Shown in pieces: positions 13,636 through 25,691 of a stretch of DNA of 64,000 bases (its first letter is position 1; each line of letters opens with the position of its first letter). The translations under genes were made by a program, and so were the position numbers. Under the pieces are notes generated by a model that worked only from the letters and a program-made list of their open reading frames with translations, was not told the DNA's origin and ran no database searches. The stretch spans positions 20,956,001 to 21,020,000 of the forward strand of contig OZ287758.1 of NCBI GenBank assembly GCA_965649765.1. The letters are read 5' to 3'. The stretch is from Bispira polyomma. Taxonomy: Eukaryota.

Positions 13636-15119
13636 CTCCATTTATCAAGTAGGGAAATGACAGTTATCGGTTAGTTGTACTGTGCATTCAAGAATAAAAA
13701 GCTAACTAGAACTTTGAATTCCGTCAACATATAGACAAATTGCAAATGTGTAAAATTGCCTACATTTACCTAATATTGGAAATCACTGTCTCTGGTTTAA
13801 GGATGTGAGTATGTAATCATTCTTCATTATAAAGTGAACTTTAGTTTTTGAGTTTTTGTGGATTATACATCATTTTCAATATCTAAGGTCAAGTCACTAT
13901 GTACAGGTTTTTGTGTCGAGGTAAATCTATTAAGGTAAATCTCCGTCCTACTTACTGGCATACTCTTTTCAAATGAATGAACCGGTAATATTCCAACCAC
14001 TGACTTCACAGATGAAAGTCAAGTGATAGTGGATCATATGATTCTTAGCACTAGTTGCTATGTCTGCTATTGTGATAGTGGCATATCTTCGTCAAATGTT
14101 CCACACAGTTGTGTGCAAGCGATGCTACATGTATTGTGTGTATTCGCTTGATGGCTAGCACAAAAAACGATCAGTCAAAGATAAATAAATGGCAATGTAG
14201 GGGATGAAATACTACTTGCAAAGGATCAACCAAAATATGTTCCTGTTTTTATAACTTTTGAATTTAATGTGTTTTCTTGTTTTTATAACTTATCATATTG
14301 TTTTTGATTTAGCAGTGCTAAAAGCGTGTTTCAGTTTTGACTTATACAGTGAGCTGTCATGCAATAATACATTTAACTGTTTATACTGCCTAGGAAACTA
14401 TGGGCGGACTTGCAACATCAATAGCAAAAGGTCTGAACTAAAACCAGCATTTAGTTTTACTTATAACTTATATTTGTGACATGAGAATAAACAACAATTG
14501 TTGATGCTGTTCTTTATGTCCCAAGTTGGGTAAAATCATACTATGGTTTTGAGATATCACTGAGACCAAATGGGGGCAACTGGAAGGTGTGAAGAGACAT
14601 CAGGCTGTTATATGTGTATAAAAGAGAGTCTATTCAGTAGCTGTTGTAGTTTAAATAGTTGATTTGTAACTAAAAATTTATAATAATAATAATAAGACTA
14701 GACATTCAATTACCCTAAACATTTTGTCCTGATAGAATTATAAGTGTCAACTCTTGTGTCAGGTTACTACATAAAAGGTCATTATTAACCTCGGCAGCTT
14801 CGCCTGACTGAGAGGTTAGCTAGACAAGCTAACACACAGACACAGCCATACAACTAGTGATAGATACAGACATACAGACTGAATTATTCTCATATATACT
14901 GAGACTAAGGCACATAGAGGTACTGATATAGACGGATACACTGTATACATATAATACACTCACAGTCACAGTGAGTGAGGCAGAGCCATACACTAATTTA
15001 TACAAACCTTGATAGACAGATTGAGAGAAAAAGATTGACAAACTAACATACTGATATTTCTCTGTATGTAACAAAAATTACAATGGCTTTCCATTCATTA
15101 TCAAATTCTGTTTAACATC

Positions 15120-15470
15120 CATGTCACGACTTACAAATCTGTTGCCTTTCAACAACCATGATACCTTGCCACTTGTCTTTCCTTTAGAGAGGAAAGAGAC
15201 TTTCTGTTTCCTCTGTTAAAGTCACCAAGTGGGTTGGATCTAGATCTTTCTAAATCGCTGCTCCAATGTTAGTCTCCGAATTGGGCTGAGATCATTAGCA
15301 GCACTTTCCGGGTTTAGGTGAAAACTCAAAACCTATCTCTTCATACTCGCTTATCAGCCTTTGTTCTCCCTCCCTGTATACCCCACATCTTTTCTTACAA
15401 ACTGGTGAAGCTTTTTTTGACTTCTCTATTTGTTAATTAATTCTGCTGTTTTGCTTTAAAAATGCCAAAT
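15120..15470 (+). mobile_element. L2-like LINE 3' end fragment, same family as 34985-35370
   Basis: Shared AGAGAGGAAAGA, ATCTAGA.CTTTCT.AATCGCTG, CACTTTCC.G and CTATCTCTTCA.ACTCGC blocks. Confidence 0.65.
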
Positions 15471-15486
15471 GTTTTAAAAATGCAAT

Positions 15487-15733
15487 TGAATTGGGATATT
15501 TAACGTCCACTCTAGTACCTGTTTAGGTTATATTGGGACAGGTAGTTGGAAACGCTGGAGGAAACACTGCATACAGTTGATCAAGGTTGTGCACTGAAAC
15601 CAGAGGCCCACAGTAAGGAACTACCACCTTTCCCACATAGGCATTGACGGGATTCGACCTCACGCCGCCCAGAGGTGAGAGATCAGTGATTGTGAAGCGC
15701 AATGCTTGCTAACCAGTAGGCCACTGCGGCCCC
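15487..15733 (-). mobile_element. tRNA-derived SINE family A, copy 3
   Basis: Head GGGGCCGCAGTGGCCTACTGGTTAGC and B box GGTCGAATCC on the minus strand. 14 bp TSD TTTAAAAATGCAAT (15473-15486, 15734-15747). Confidence 0.9.
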
Positions 15734-18700
15734 TTTAAAAATGCAATACACTACTGCCTATATTGAACAATACGCACGATGTTAGTGGTAACAAAGTTAG
15801 AATACAATATTGCTGTGTGGAAAGAAAAGTAAGTCAGAATTGTTTAAATATGCTAATGTCTTGTGCACAAACACGTTTGTTTGATTTCACTTACAAAACG
15901 AATAATTTGGCGACGTTGGCATGACACGGGTACTTGTGGCTTCAACAAAGATGGCATCAACATTCAGCTGCATTGCCTGAATGCTAAAAAGTCACAAACG
16001 ACTCCTTTTTGGGCGATTCTTGCAAATTGATAAAATTAGCTAGCACAATAAATAAAAACATTTTTTTCCTCCTTACAATTGTTAAAAAAAATTGTCTGCT
16101 ATGAGGCTGAATTGGCGGGAAAAACAGGACACTGGTAGTGTGATCTCCATCTAATTGCAACTTCTCCAAAAAGATCCTGTTAACCTAAGTGGTCCTCCTG
16201 CAGAAATTGGATAAGCTAATGTCTTTTTAGAATGCCTCGGAGACTGTTTTCTGTCTTGCAATTTTTTGGTCTGGCTTCTTCAAAAGGTTGTCTATATTAA
16301 GAGCTTCTATGTCCCTATTTAAGGCAGTGACAGATAAAGATAGTGTATGTACTTCATGTTTACAAGGGAATAAGTATGATAACCAGTGCATTAGTGCTAC
16401 ATTATACATTATTTGTGGGTTTTGTAAAAAAAAACTTTCCTTTTGTCCTATACGTACACCACAAAATGGTGTTACTTGAATACCTTCTAAATAAGGAAAT
16501 ATTCGAGTTGATGGTAAAGATCACAGTAATAATCACGAATATGACTGAACAGTATTACTACTGGTATTGGTATTAATATGTTCTCTGTGTGTCATTCACA
16601 TGACTAAAGCTAGAAAACCAACCTGCAGACAATTACACAGGACTTTAGAGAAAGATTATTATTAATGTATAGTTGTATCAACTAATTCCACCGGCTTAAC
16701 AGGGGTGAATCATTCTCATTGGCTAAATCGTTGAATGTCTGTCTTGAGAATGGAAGAATGTTGCCCAACTTACTGTAAACAACAGCAGTGACTTAAAAAT
16801 AATGTAAAAATGGCATTGGCTAAATCTTTGAAAGCCTTAAAAATGGCCACATCTTACCCACAAAGCATAGTACATAGAAGCAAAGATAAAGAAATTCTAC
16901 AAATAGTCAAAATATTTCTAATCAGTTATTCTTCGACTCTTTGTAAGTTGCCCAAAAGGAGTATTATTTTAGTGTATAGTTTATAATAAACACAGTATAC
17001 CAGCAGAGTATCAACCCATCTACCATTCAGGTTACATATGCATCTATTTACTGCCAACTTTAACCTTTTTGTAAGCATTACATATGGAGGCTCTGGAATT
17101 CCATGGACTGAAGAGGCAGACACAACAAACAATGACAAAAGCTTCTCAATGTAGATCATGATACAGATACACTTTACACATAAAAAAGTCAAAGCTTGCA
17201 TCATACCATTCACTCATGCAAGGGTTCAGTGACTTGTTTTGAAAGGTCAATACAACCACGGATAGTGTAGGTTTTACTATAAAAAGACTAAACTAGATAA
17301 ATATAGGAATGAACTTTGCCTTATAAGTCTGGCAAAAATATCAAATATCTAGACTGGCTTCACAAAAGATCATGGCTTTTATGATCTGATATTTTCCTGT
17401 TCCTAAAATGGGAATAGGTCTGATAGTATTAAAGATTACACGTATATGAGGGAATTGAACACCGACCTGAATCAAACAAAAATGTTGTTGTTATGTTTTT
17501 TTAAATATAAAAATACTCTTTGCAGGGGCAGAATATGTGTGTGTTCAATTCAATTTTAACATTTTAATGTATTAGTTAGTTTTGAAATTGAAAACAATGA
17601 CACAAGTCTAACATGTCGTTAGGGTGTAGGAACATTGTATGGTTATTGCTGATCTTGTTCATCCACTGACACTAGGATGGATTAAACTAGTTTGGAATTT
17701 TAAAACCTGAATTAATGAGGTGTTTTAACTCTATTTTTCCTCATTTGTAATTGTACTAGTTTTGTATATGTTTTGAATTTTTAAATTGATCTCATAATAG
17801 TAAAGTCATACTTTCTTTTTCTATTTATATAAATTCAAACCAAAGCAGAATTGTTGTCATTGGCATTTTGCTGATTTAAGTAGGTCACCGATGAAAAATG
17901 GGTCCATCTAATTTTCTATTAAGACATCGATTCTGCATTAGGTTTTAAAATTGTCAACAAGAGATAAAATATAAAGGCGGCCATAGCCTAGTGAAGTTTA
18001 TAATAAATGATAAACAAACATAAAACATAAAAATAAATTTGTGCCCTATTTGTAATAAATAAAGAATACAGTATCACTGTATGAATTGTTGGTAATTACA
18101 TATGTTACTTTTAACATCGAATAATATATTGTTTTTTTTCAAAATGCAGATAAAGCTAGGCGTTTGTGAAAACTGCTCCTTTGATCAATGAAAAAATAGC
18201 CAGTGCCGGGTTTTTCATAAACCACAATGGCAGGCTGAAATATCAAAGTTTTTATCTCGCAGAATACAGACCATTTCCCAGTTGTAGACTAATGACCTTG
18301 CTAAATATACCCAATGATGTGCAAGTTCTTTTTAGGCTGATATTACACACCAGAGTCATTGCCATAAGGTTAGTCTTATTCACAAAAAAAAAGAGAGCTA
18401 TTAGTGCTTTCTATCAACCTATATTCATCTGTTTATCCGAGCAATATTGATGTAGGGGGGAAGTTGTGAATACATATCCTCCAAACAGGAATATTTTTGT
18501 TGTCTATTTATTACAAAATAGGCTTTTTAAAGCCTTAGTGTCATCAGCATATGGCAGTATTTTCTTGAGCAAAATAGCCTTACTTTGTGTAATACATTAA
18601 TACTCTTTACCAAATATAATCCCATTACTTTTATATACACTTCAGATACATTATATAAGAATTAATACTAATTATCACTTTGAATAGAATAACGTTTAAC

Positions 18701-19264
18701 ACTACATTTTCACATGGTTGAATATTTCTAATTTTAATGAAGATTAAAAACTGTATTCACTTATTTACTACTTAACATCTGTTGCCTCAGATTCTTGTGT
18801 GGTTTATATAGTAGTCTATTTCACAAATAACGTATGTAAGTTAAAAACTCTTAATTTAAGAAGTATTTTGTTTCAATTCAACATGGCTTCAAAATATACT
18901 TCATCCCTGACATGTTGTTCATAGTATTATTTGTGTGTTTTATTTTTCAACACACAAAAATCTATTATCATAATAAACTGAAGCCATTCCATTCAGATTA
19001 TTATCTAACGCGACACTGAGCTTTTCACCATCAAGTTTGTGTTTCCAACTTACCCATCTGTATCTTTGGAGTTCTTGACATCTCCTCCCAAAGGATGATG
19101 TGTGACTATCTGACACTGTCAACAACAGGTTTCAGTGGATTTTTGTCACAGTGATCATCAAAAGTAATCATAATATACGTTTTTTCAGCCAAAACTAATA
19201 AGGCAAATTTGCCAGAGGACAAGAAGCAACTTGAAAATGTTGCGTATTCACAAAAGGTTATCCC

Positions 19265-19565
19265 TATGGTCTCCTTGATGTCTCCTCAATTCCTCTTTGG
19301 TGTCTTTCTGTTGTATCTTTGTTGTTTCCAGTAATCACCTTCATTCTATTGTTGTGCTGTGTAATTTGAAAGTTTCAAATTATGTGTCACGATAAGCATT
19401 TGAGTCGACAATTTGGAGGCAATCATCTTTTTGTTTTATCTTACTCTTTGAAATCACCATCCTGTCACTTTGATCACATGTTATTGTCTTGCTTGTCTTC
19501 TATTGTCAAACCAATTAAAGTAGGTAACAGTATGCCACAAGCAGGAGACATAAAAGAGACAATGA
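19265..19565. repeat. Inverted repeat pair, probable MITE remnant
   Basis: GTCTCCTTGATGTCTCCT / AGGAGACATAAAAGAGAC. Confidence 0.45.
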
Positions 19566-22420
19566 GGTGATAAAGTCGTACACATATTTTATTCAGGTCT
19601 CACATTGGTCTTTTGATTACACTCTAAGTCTAATAGCATAGTTAGTTTACTAAAAAGGTTACTAAAAAGGTTAGTTAATCCCAGTACCCTAACACAAAAA
19701 TATGTTGGTAAATTTACTCAGAAAAAAGCTTCACAGTGCTTTTGTAGGATTCCCAAAAACGTATTTAATATGTGATAATTATGTACTCAACACTGTGGCC
19801 TTTAATGCAGACTGTGTCTTAGTCCTTATGTAAGAATAACCCAATTACTGAGTCTAAGAAAGCTCCCCTGTATCCTTCTTGTCTGTGTAGGAATAGCTTT
19901 CCTGTGTGTCTCTCACAGCTTGACAATAAAATAGACCAATCTGGATGACAAGGTAATGCCATCATTAATCATAAGCCATAGCAATGAAGATATACGTTTC
20001 AATTTTGGCAGAGACCTTTATGGCCTAAATTTTATTTGTGTTAGCTAAAATACCATTGAGATACAAGATATAATGTTTTCCATAATTCATAATAACAATA
20101 TGGAACTAAATTATCTCAACAATACCTGAAATATAGGTGTTTGAGTTCTTCTATAACTTATATGTCATAGACGTTGTCATAGTATCATGTTATGGTGATA
20201 CATAAAACATATTAAAATAGTGCACACTTGGTTATCACTAGGGGGACAGACATTTACCACATGGAGGTTCACTGTAAAGATATACAGACCAACTGTAGAA
20301 ATATGAAGAGTATTTGTATTTATCTTTATTTCTATGCATCACGAACAGCAACAGTGTCTAAGAATGAGAACTCACCCCATAGCCATATCTTATATACATA
20401 TGGCCATTGACTTTTTTGTGAAAAGCTTTTAGCACACAATAGCTTCTGTGGGAAACAATAAATCTAACATGGTACATTACAAAAGATCATTGGTACTATC
20501 AGATAAAACAAGGGCCATTACATTAAATAACAGTCAAATCAACTTACTGGCTGGATCAAAGAAACAAGAGGTTTAACCTCCAGCCTTTTTTATAAATATT
20601 AATTGTCACCATTTGGTCTTAAATCAATTTATATAGGTAATATAAAATGCCATTGTGGTACATTTATTACTCCACATTAACTAAAACTAACAACTTTCAA
20701 AGTTTATAAAACTTCAGATTTTGGCAACCCTGAAGTGAAACGATATACCATAAGGTATCAGTGGCCGTCGCTATTTATGGACTCCTATAAAAGCTGTCAC
20801 AGTCTAGTGAGCAGATGCAGCTATTAGAAGAGCTGGTGCTATGTCACCCTATGGGGTACTTATCTACTTCCTCTCTCACACTCATTTTACCATTATAATG
20901 TCTAGTAATGGACTGTATTTTTTAACAAGTTTTATTGTTGAATATTGCATGTAAACTTAATTGCAGCCGCTTTCTAAATTGCTGACGTCCTGGCCATTTG
21001 AGTATTGCAATAGTTTTTCTAGTTAAGTTTGAGTTTAAAGCCAATTTCAAACAAGTCTTATGTCATATCACGACAGACAGTTTACTGGTGGAGAAAACAG
21101 AGCAGGTTAGTTGTTCAGAGGTAGTTCTGCTCTGAAAACAACCAGCCTTCAGCCAAACTACCAACAACATTTCCACATACACATCAGGGTAGAGATTCGA
21201 ACTAGCGAATGCAGAAATAGGACGTGTGTGTAGATAATATATGTTCTCATAAATATACAAGAATCTATATTTTAATTGTCTTAAACCATTGCAAAGTCTT
21301 GTGAAAGTGAACTAATTCCAGACTAAAATTTTCCATACAAACAAAAATAAAGGAAAACATTCAAAGAAAATGATACATCTCTGATCTCTGCTCTGACCCG
21401 ATACAGTGAATGAATTAGAATAGTAAAGAAAGCATGCGTGTGAAGCTGACAGGTTCAATGTTCAAAGGATCATTCTTTCAGGCCAATTGCTCAAAGGTAA
21501 CTGCACCATTGTTAAATTAAATCAAATGAACATTTCGAACAGTTAAAAGCAGAGTTTGAGAATGAAATGATCTATTCTACAAAGGGATGTTTGCTACAAA
21601 GGTCGATGAAAATCTCTTCTCAAAGAGGCCTTCTATGGCAAGAAACCCCAATGCATTCAGTCCATAATGAAAAGCAAAATGAAAAAAAAAAAAAAAAGAT
21701 TCAAAGACGCCAATAGAATTGAATGATTATGACTGGTGTCTATTGAAGTGGAACAATCCAGCTCTTAGATACCCTCTCCGGCTTTGGAAGAAAGGTCCCA
21801 CAGGGCACTAGTTTACGCCTTACTCATTCTTTGGATGAATGTGTATTTTTAGAGGTGGTGAAAGAAATGATGGAGTAGTGTCTTACAGGTGTTTTGTTCA
21901 GTTGAATCCCATTCTCCATCCCGCAAAAAGCATGTATCTTGTACATCTCTCGCAATTGTGTTTAAAAGCGCTTCATTTGAGGTTTCTTCTCTCATGTGGA
22001 ACAGGGAAAGTAAGCTCTTGATATGGAATAGAAACAGATTATTCCTTGAAGAATATGGGTGTTTTGTTGAAGTAAAGGAATAAGAAGGGATGTGCATCTA
22101 TCCAAAGCCTAAAAGTAGTGGTTATTGTATTTATTTCAAATACACTATACAAATAGATATATCTTCCTGTTCATAATTTAAATTAGAAAAAATTCCAAGA
22201 AAAAAGGCAAAGTTATAATATATATGTTTGAGTAGATAGATATATTTTTATTATACTGACATTTGTGCTGTACAAGTACATCCATACAAAGGCTTTACAT
22301 GTTCCATTAATTTCAGCTCTGAACCTTAATGGTGGGCTGACGCCTATGCGACAGCCCCCCTCAGTTCTGGTGGCAGGTCACTGGGAGGCTAATTAAGCCA
22401 CCTGGGGTCACGGGGGCAAG

Positions 22421-22456
22421 TATAAAAGGGATTGCCGCCAACAGGCGCCATCATTA
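22421..22456 (+). promoter_or_regulatory. Core promoter of the YR retrotransposon (TATA box plus Inr-like element)
   Basis: TATAAAAG at 22421-22428 and TCATT at 22451-22455, ~30 nt downstream and ~110 nt before the gag ATG. A GC hairpin GGGCTG-A-CGC-CTAT-GCG-A-CAGCCC lies upstream (22334-22357). Confidence 0.65.
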
Positions 22457-22560
22457 CTTAAAAACAGTTCATAGATACAAGTGTTTTACAATTGGGGCTT
22501 TTACTACCCTGGGCTTTTACTACCCAGATATTGCTTTACATTTTAATTGAATGTGTAGAC

Positions 22561-23556
22561 ATGCCTAAGGAATACCCGTGTAGTGTATGTTCTGGTCAGC
22601 ACGGACGTCCAGTTGGAAAGAAATGTAAATTTAATCCGTTGGACAGCGTTGCTGATGAGGTGGCTGCCGTTGATCCTGCTGTGCCTGCTGGTTCTGATTC
22701 CGTATCTAGTTTGATACTTCAACAACTGGTCGTGATGAATGAGAAGATGGACAGCATGGATCAACGAGTACAAGCTACTGAGCCGGCGCTGTGTAAACCC
22801 AGCGCTCAGGCATGTAAAACAGTTACTAAATCTGTATCTAATGTCCCTAGTGTTAGTGAACCAGTGTTTGAGGCCGTTGTGCCCTCCCTAGATTACCTAC
22901 GTTCAAATTCCGGCTTACAAAGTCAGGTAGACCAGCGCTTGCTGCAACTGCAACAACTCCATGATTTAACGGGAGGTAAACTGAAATCCCAAAGGGGTGG
23001 CGCGGAAGCTCCCGTTAAACGTCATGTTGATTGGCCACAAAATTTTGTTTTATCTGGTGTAAAAAAGGTCAGACCCACTTACGATGACCTTACTTTGGTT
23101 CAGTTTGTCTCCGGGTTCGTTCGCTGTACGCAAGAGCAAAAAGACTCCCCTGTCCGCGAGGCCATGTTGGAATATCTGGCATGCCTGATGGATGACGCCC
23201 ATGATTTTTCGTGGGACGCCGCCAAAGCCGCTCACGCCATTTTGTTAACCAACATGGAGATGGACCGATTGAATTGGACGGATGTCGAAAAGGTCGACCG
23301 GATAAGGTGCGCTCATGCACAGCGTCATGTAACGTCCTCAGCTAGTGGGTCTGGCCTTTCTAAAAGCAATGTTGGCAGTAGGGGTAAAGCATTGGTGAAA
23401 ACAGTTGGAGTAAACTGACGATTCTTCCAGGAAGGAACGTGCAAATTTGATGCCAGCCATCGCACGTCTGGACAGTGGTTCAAACACTGCTGTGAGAGCT
23501 GTGGTGGCACGCATCAAACCAAGCTATGCTCCAAAAAATCGTTCTCAAAAAACTAA
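22561..23556 (+). CDS. gag: Gag-like ORF1 with N- and C-terminal Cys/His zinc motifs, interrupted by an in-frame TGA at 23416-23418
   Basis: ATG 22561 gives MPKEYPCSVCSGQHGRPVGKKC (CX2CX3HX7C), then a coiled-coil-like stretch and a KLKSQRGG...WPQ...YDDL core. Beyond the TGA the same frame continues RFFQEGTCKFDASH...HCCESCGGTHQTKLC to TAA 23554-23556. Confidence 0.8.
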
Positions 23557-25691
23557 GGGGCCACTGCAGTACTGCAGTGGCTGCTAAGAAACTGGTACCT
23601 AAAACCTGCTCTAGGGTTGTATATAATTCTACTTTTAGGGATTTTAAACTGTTTCATCATGTGTGTTGTAAATATAGTATGTATACTGGACCCCCACTTA
23701 ACCGGTCATACCGGGATGTGTTGCAACAGGGCCTTGTGGTTTCTGATACTGAGACTTGTGGAAACCGGGAAATGGGGAAAGTTAACCCTGTTTCTGTTAA
23801 TAGAAACCCCCAAGGTAGCAAACTTGTGTTCCATAATACCTCATTGCACAAGGTGTCGGGAAGGAGGCATTCACCCGTGAAAGTGTTAAATACACCGGCT
23901 GACAGGCGACGTGTGAAAACAAATCACCAAAAGGTGTTAAGGAAAACACCTTTGGGTGGTGCGAAAACATCCGTGAATAGGCGGGTCGGTAACCATGCAA
24001 ACCGGGTGTTACAAAATCAAGCAATTGTGTCCAAAACAATTGAATTAAGTGATGGCGAAGGGTGGCCTAAACTGCTGGGTCCTCCGAGTGTGAAAACGAT
24101 TGGTGCGGGTACCACTCCAAGTAATGCTAACAATATTGGGTTTCGCCTTCCCATTCAGAACCGGTTTAGTGGCTTAGACATTCCTCATGTAGAACTACCT
24201 GACTCGAGTGACACGTTAGGTAAGGTCGATTTCACACCTATTCCACTTCCTAAATTGAGTGACACGTTACGTAAGGTCCATTACACACCTATTCCACCAC
24301 TTAACAAGAGATCTAACCCGTGTGATGACAAGTATGTACTGGACCTCTCAGGAGGCCTTAATAAGAGACAGCGCTTAAATGCAGCTAAAGATAATGTGAC
24401 CTACAAGTTGTGGGATATACAGAATAGTGGGAAGTATGGGTTCATACCAACTAGTTCCTGGGGTACCCCAGTGATTGATTGTTCCCATAACCAATTGATC
24501 ACCGACGTGTTTACACTGCATAAGTCCCTGAAATTGGATGGGAGACCAAATTATAAGGGTTTACAAGTCCCCATACACACCCAACTGACGGTCCCTGCCT
24601 GGGAAAAGTATTTAGCGAATTATTGGGATTGGGAACTCCCCTTACTGATAAAATTCGGTTTTCCTCTTGACTGTAATGAAGAACATGAGTTCAAGTCTGA
24701 CTTGAACAATCATGCTTCAGCCAATCAGTATCCTGAACATGTGAACCATTACCTGAAAGAAGAATGTTCTATGGGTGCTATGTATGGACCTTTCGTCCAT
24801 CCCCCCATTGATGATGTGCACACATCCCCATTTATGACTAGAGACAAATCAAGCTCGGTTAACCGACGAGTTATAATCGATCTGAGTTGGCCCATCGGTC
24901 ATTCGGTTAATGCAGCCGTGTCATCAAATTCGTATCTGGACAAGGAATTTGTACTTACTTACCCTTCTATAGATGACATAACCCAACAAGTGTTGCAAAA
25001 CGGTAGGGGCTCTTTGCTATTTAAAGCGGATATTAGTCGCGCATTCCGTCACGTCACCATGGACCCCAGAGACATCAATCGTCTGGGCTTATACTGGGAC
25101 GGCTACTATCTCGACGGCTCGTTGCCCTTTGGCTACCGACACGGTTCAGTGATTTTTCAGAGAATTTCTGACAGTATAAGGTATATAATGGAAGGTGAAG
25201 GCCATCAAATCACCAACTATATCGACGATCTCTTATGTTCTTCTGTTCCCTCAAAAATCTATAAAACGTACCACCGACTGCAGGCCCTTTTGGCCGAGTT
25301 GGGTTTGACTCTTAGCAAGAAGAAGCTGGTTCCTCCAGCCACCCGGGTAACCTGCCTAGGCATAGTTATAGATACAGTTCGGTTCACTACATCGATACCA
25401 GAGGACAAACTAGCTCAGGTTCAAAAAATATGTGGCAATTGGAGTGATAAAAAGCAGTGTACTAAGCGGGAGCTCCAATGTTTATTGGGTCCTTTGCTAT
25501 ATATTTCTAAATGCGTGAAGTACTCACGGTTTTTTCTGAATCGAATGTTGCAACTCCTACGAAGCAATCACCACAAAACAAGTATCAAAATTAACCCTGA
25601 CTTCAAAAAGGACCTTAACTGGTTCATTGAGTTTCTCCATAAATACAATGGGGTGATATTTTTCATCATGCCCCCATCACTGACATTGTAG
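23526..25691 (+). CDS. pol: Pol ORF: reverse transcriptase of DIRS/Ngaro type
   Basis: Motifs FGFPL, NHASA, SPFMTRDK...RVIIDLSWP...SVN, KADISRAFR, LPFG, catalytic YIDD (25218-25229) and CLGIVIDT, preceded by ~270 aa of basic low-complexity sequence. Confidence 0.93.
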   Translation: MLQKIVLKKLRGHCSTAVAAKKLVPKTCSRVVYNSTFRDFKLFHHVCCKYSMYTGPPLNRSYRDVLQQGLVVSDTETCGNREMGKVNPVSVNRNPQGSKLVFHNTSLHKVSGRRHSPVKVLNTPADRRRVKTNHQKVLRKTPLGGAKTSVNRRVGNHANRVLQNQAIVSKTIELSDGEGWPKLLGPPSVKTIGAGTTPSNANNIGFRLPIQNRFSGLDIPHVELPDSSDTLGKVDFTPIPLPKLSDTLRKVHYTPIPPLNKRSNPCDDKYVLDLSGGLNKRQRLNAAKDNVTYKLWDIQNSGKYGFIPTSSWGTPVIDCSHNQLITDVFTLHKSLKLDGRPNYKGLQVPIHTQLTVPAWEKYLANYWDWELPLLIKFGFPLDCNEEHEFKSDLNNHASANQYPEHVNHYLKEECSMGAMYGPFVHPPIDDVHTSPFMTRDKSSSVNRRVIIDLSWPIGHSVNAAVSSNSYLDKEFVLTYPSIDDITQQVLQNGRGSLLFKADISRAFRHVTMDPRDINRLGLYWDGYYLDGSLPFGYRHGSVIFQRISDSIRYIMEGEGHQITNYIDDLLCSSVPSKIYKTYHRLQALLAELGLTLSKKKLVPPATRVTCLGIVIDTVRFTTSIPEDKLAQVQKICGNWSDKKQCTKRELQCLLGPLLYISKCVKYSRFFLNRMLQLLRSNHHKTSIKINPDFKKDLNWFIEFLHKYNGVIFFIMPPSLTL
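23547..23582 (+). promoter_or_regulatory. Putative -1 programmed ribosomal frameshift signal (gag to pol)
   Basis: A_AAA_AAC at 23547-23553 in gag phase, immediately before the gag TAA. Spacer TAAGGG, then stem GCCACTGCA/GTAC/TGCAGTGGC (23560-23581). Pol is in the -1 frame. Confidence 0.75.
24206..24300 (+). repeat. In-frame 51-nt tandem duplication in the pol N-terminal region
   Basis: SDTLGKVDFTPIPLPKL / SDTLRKVHYTPIPPL; copies start at 24206 and 24257. Confidence 0.85.

Noticed and set aside
20770-20860. TATA box CCTATAAAAG as a host promoter
   Set aside because: No downstream exon or ORF support; such motifs are common by chance in AT-rich DNA.
22492-22560. TTG start and hydrophobic leader of the 308-aa ORF
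   Set aside because: Eukaryotic context favours ATG 22561, which directly precedes the zinc motif.
23416-23418. Selenocysteine decoding of the gag TGA
   Set aside because: I could not identify a SECIS fold in the element's 3' region, and Sec in a Gag zinc finger has no precedent I know of.
23526-23528. ATG 23526 as the pol start
   Set aside because: It lies ~1 kb into the transcript inside the extended gag frame, and a complete -1 frameshift signal follows 21 nt later. Not formally excluded.
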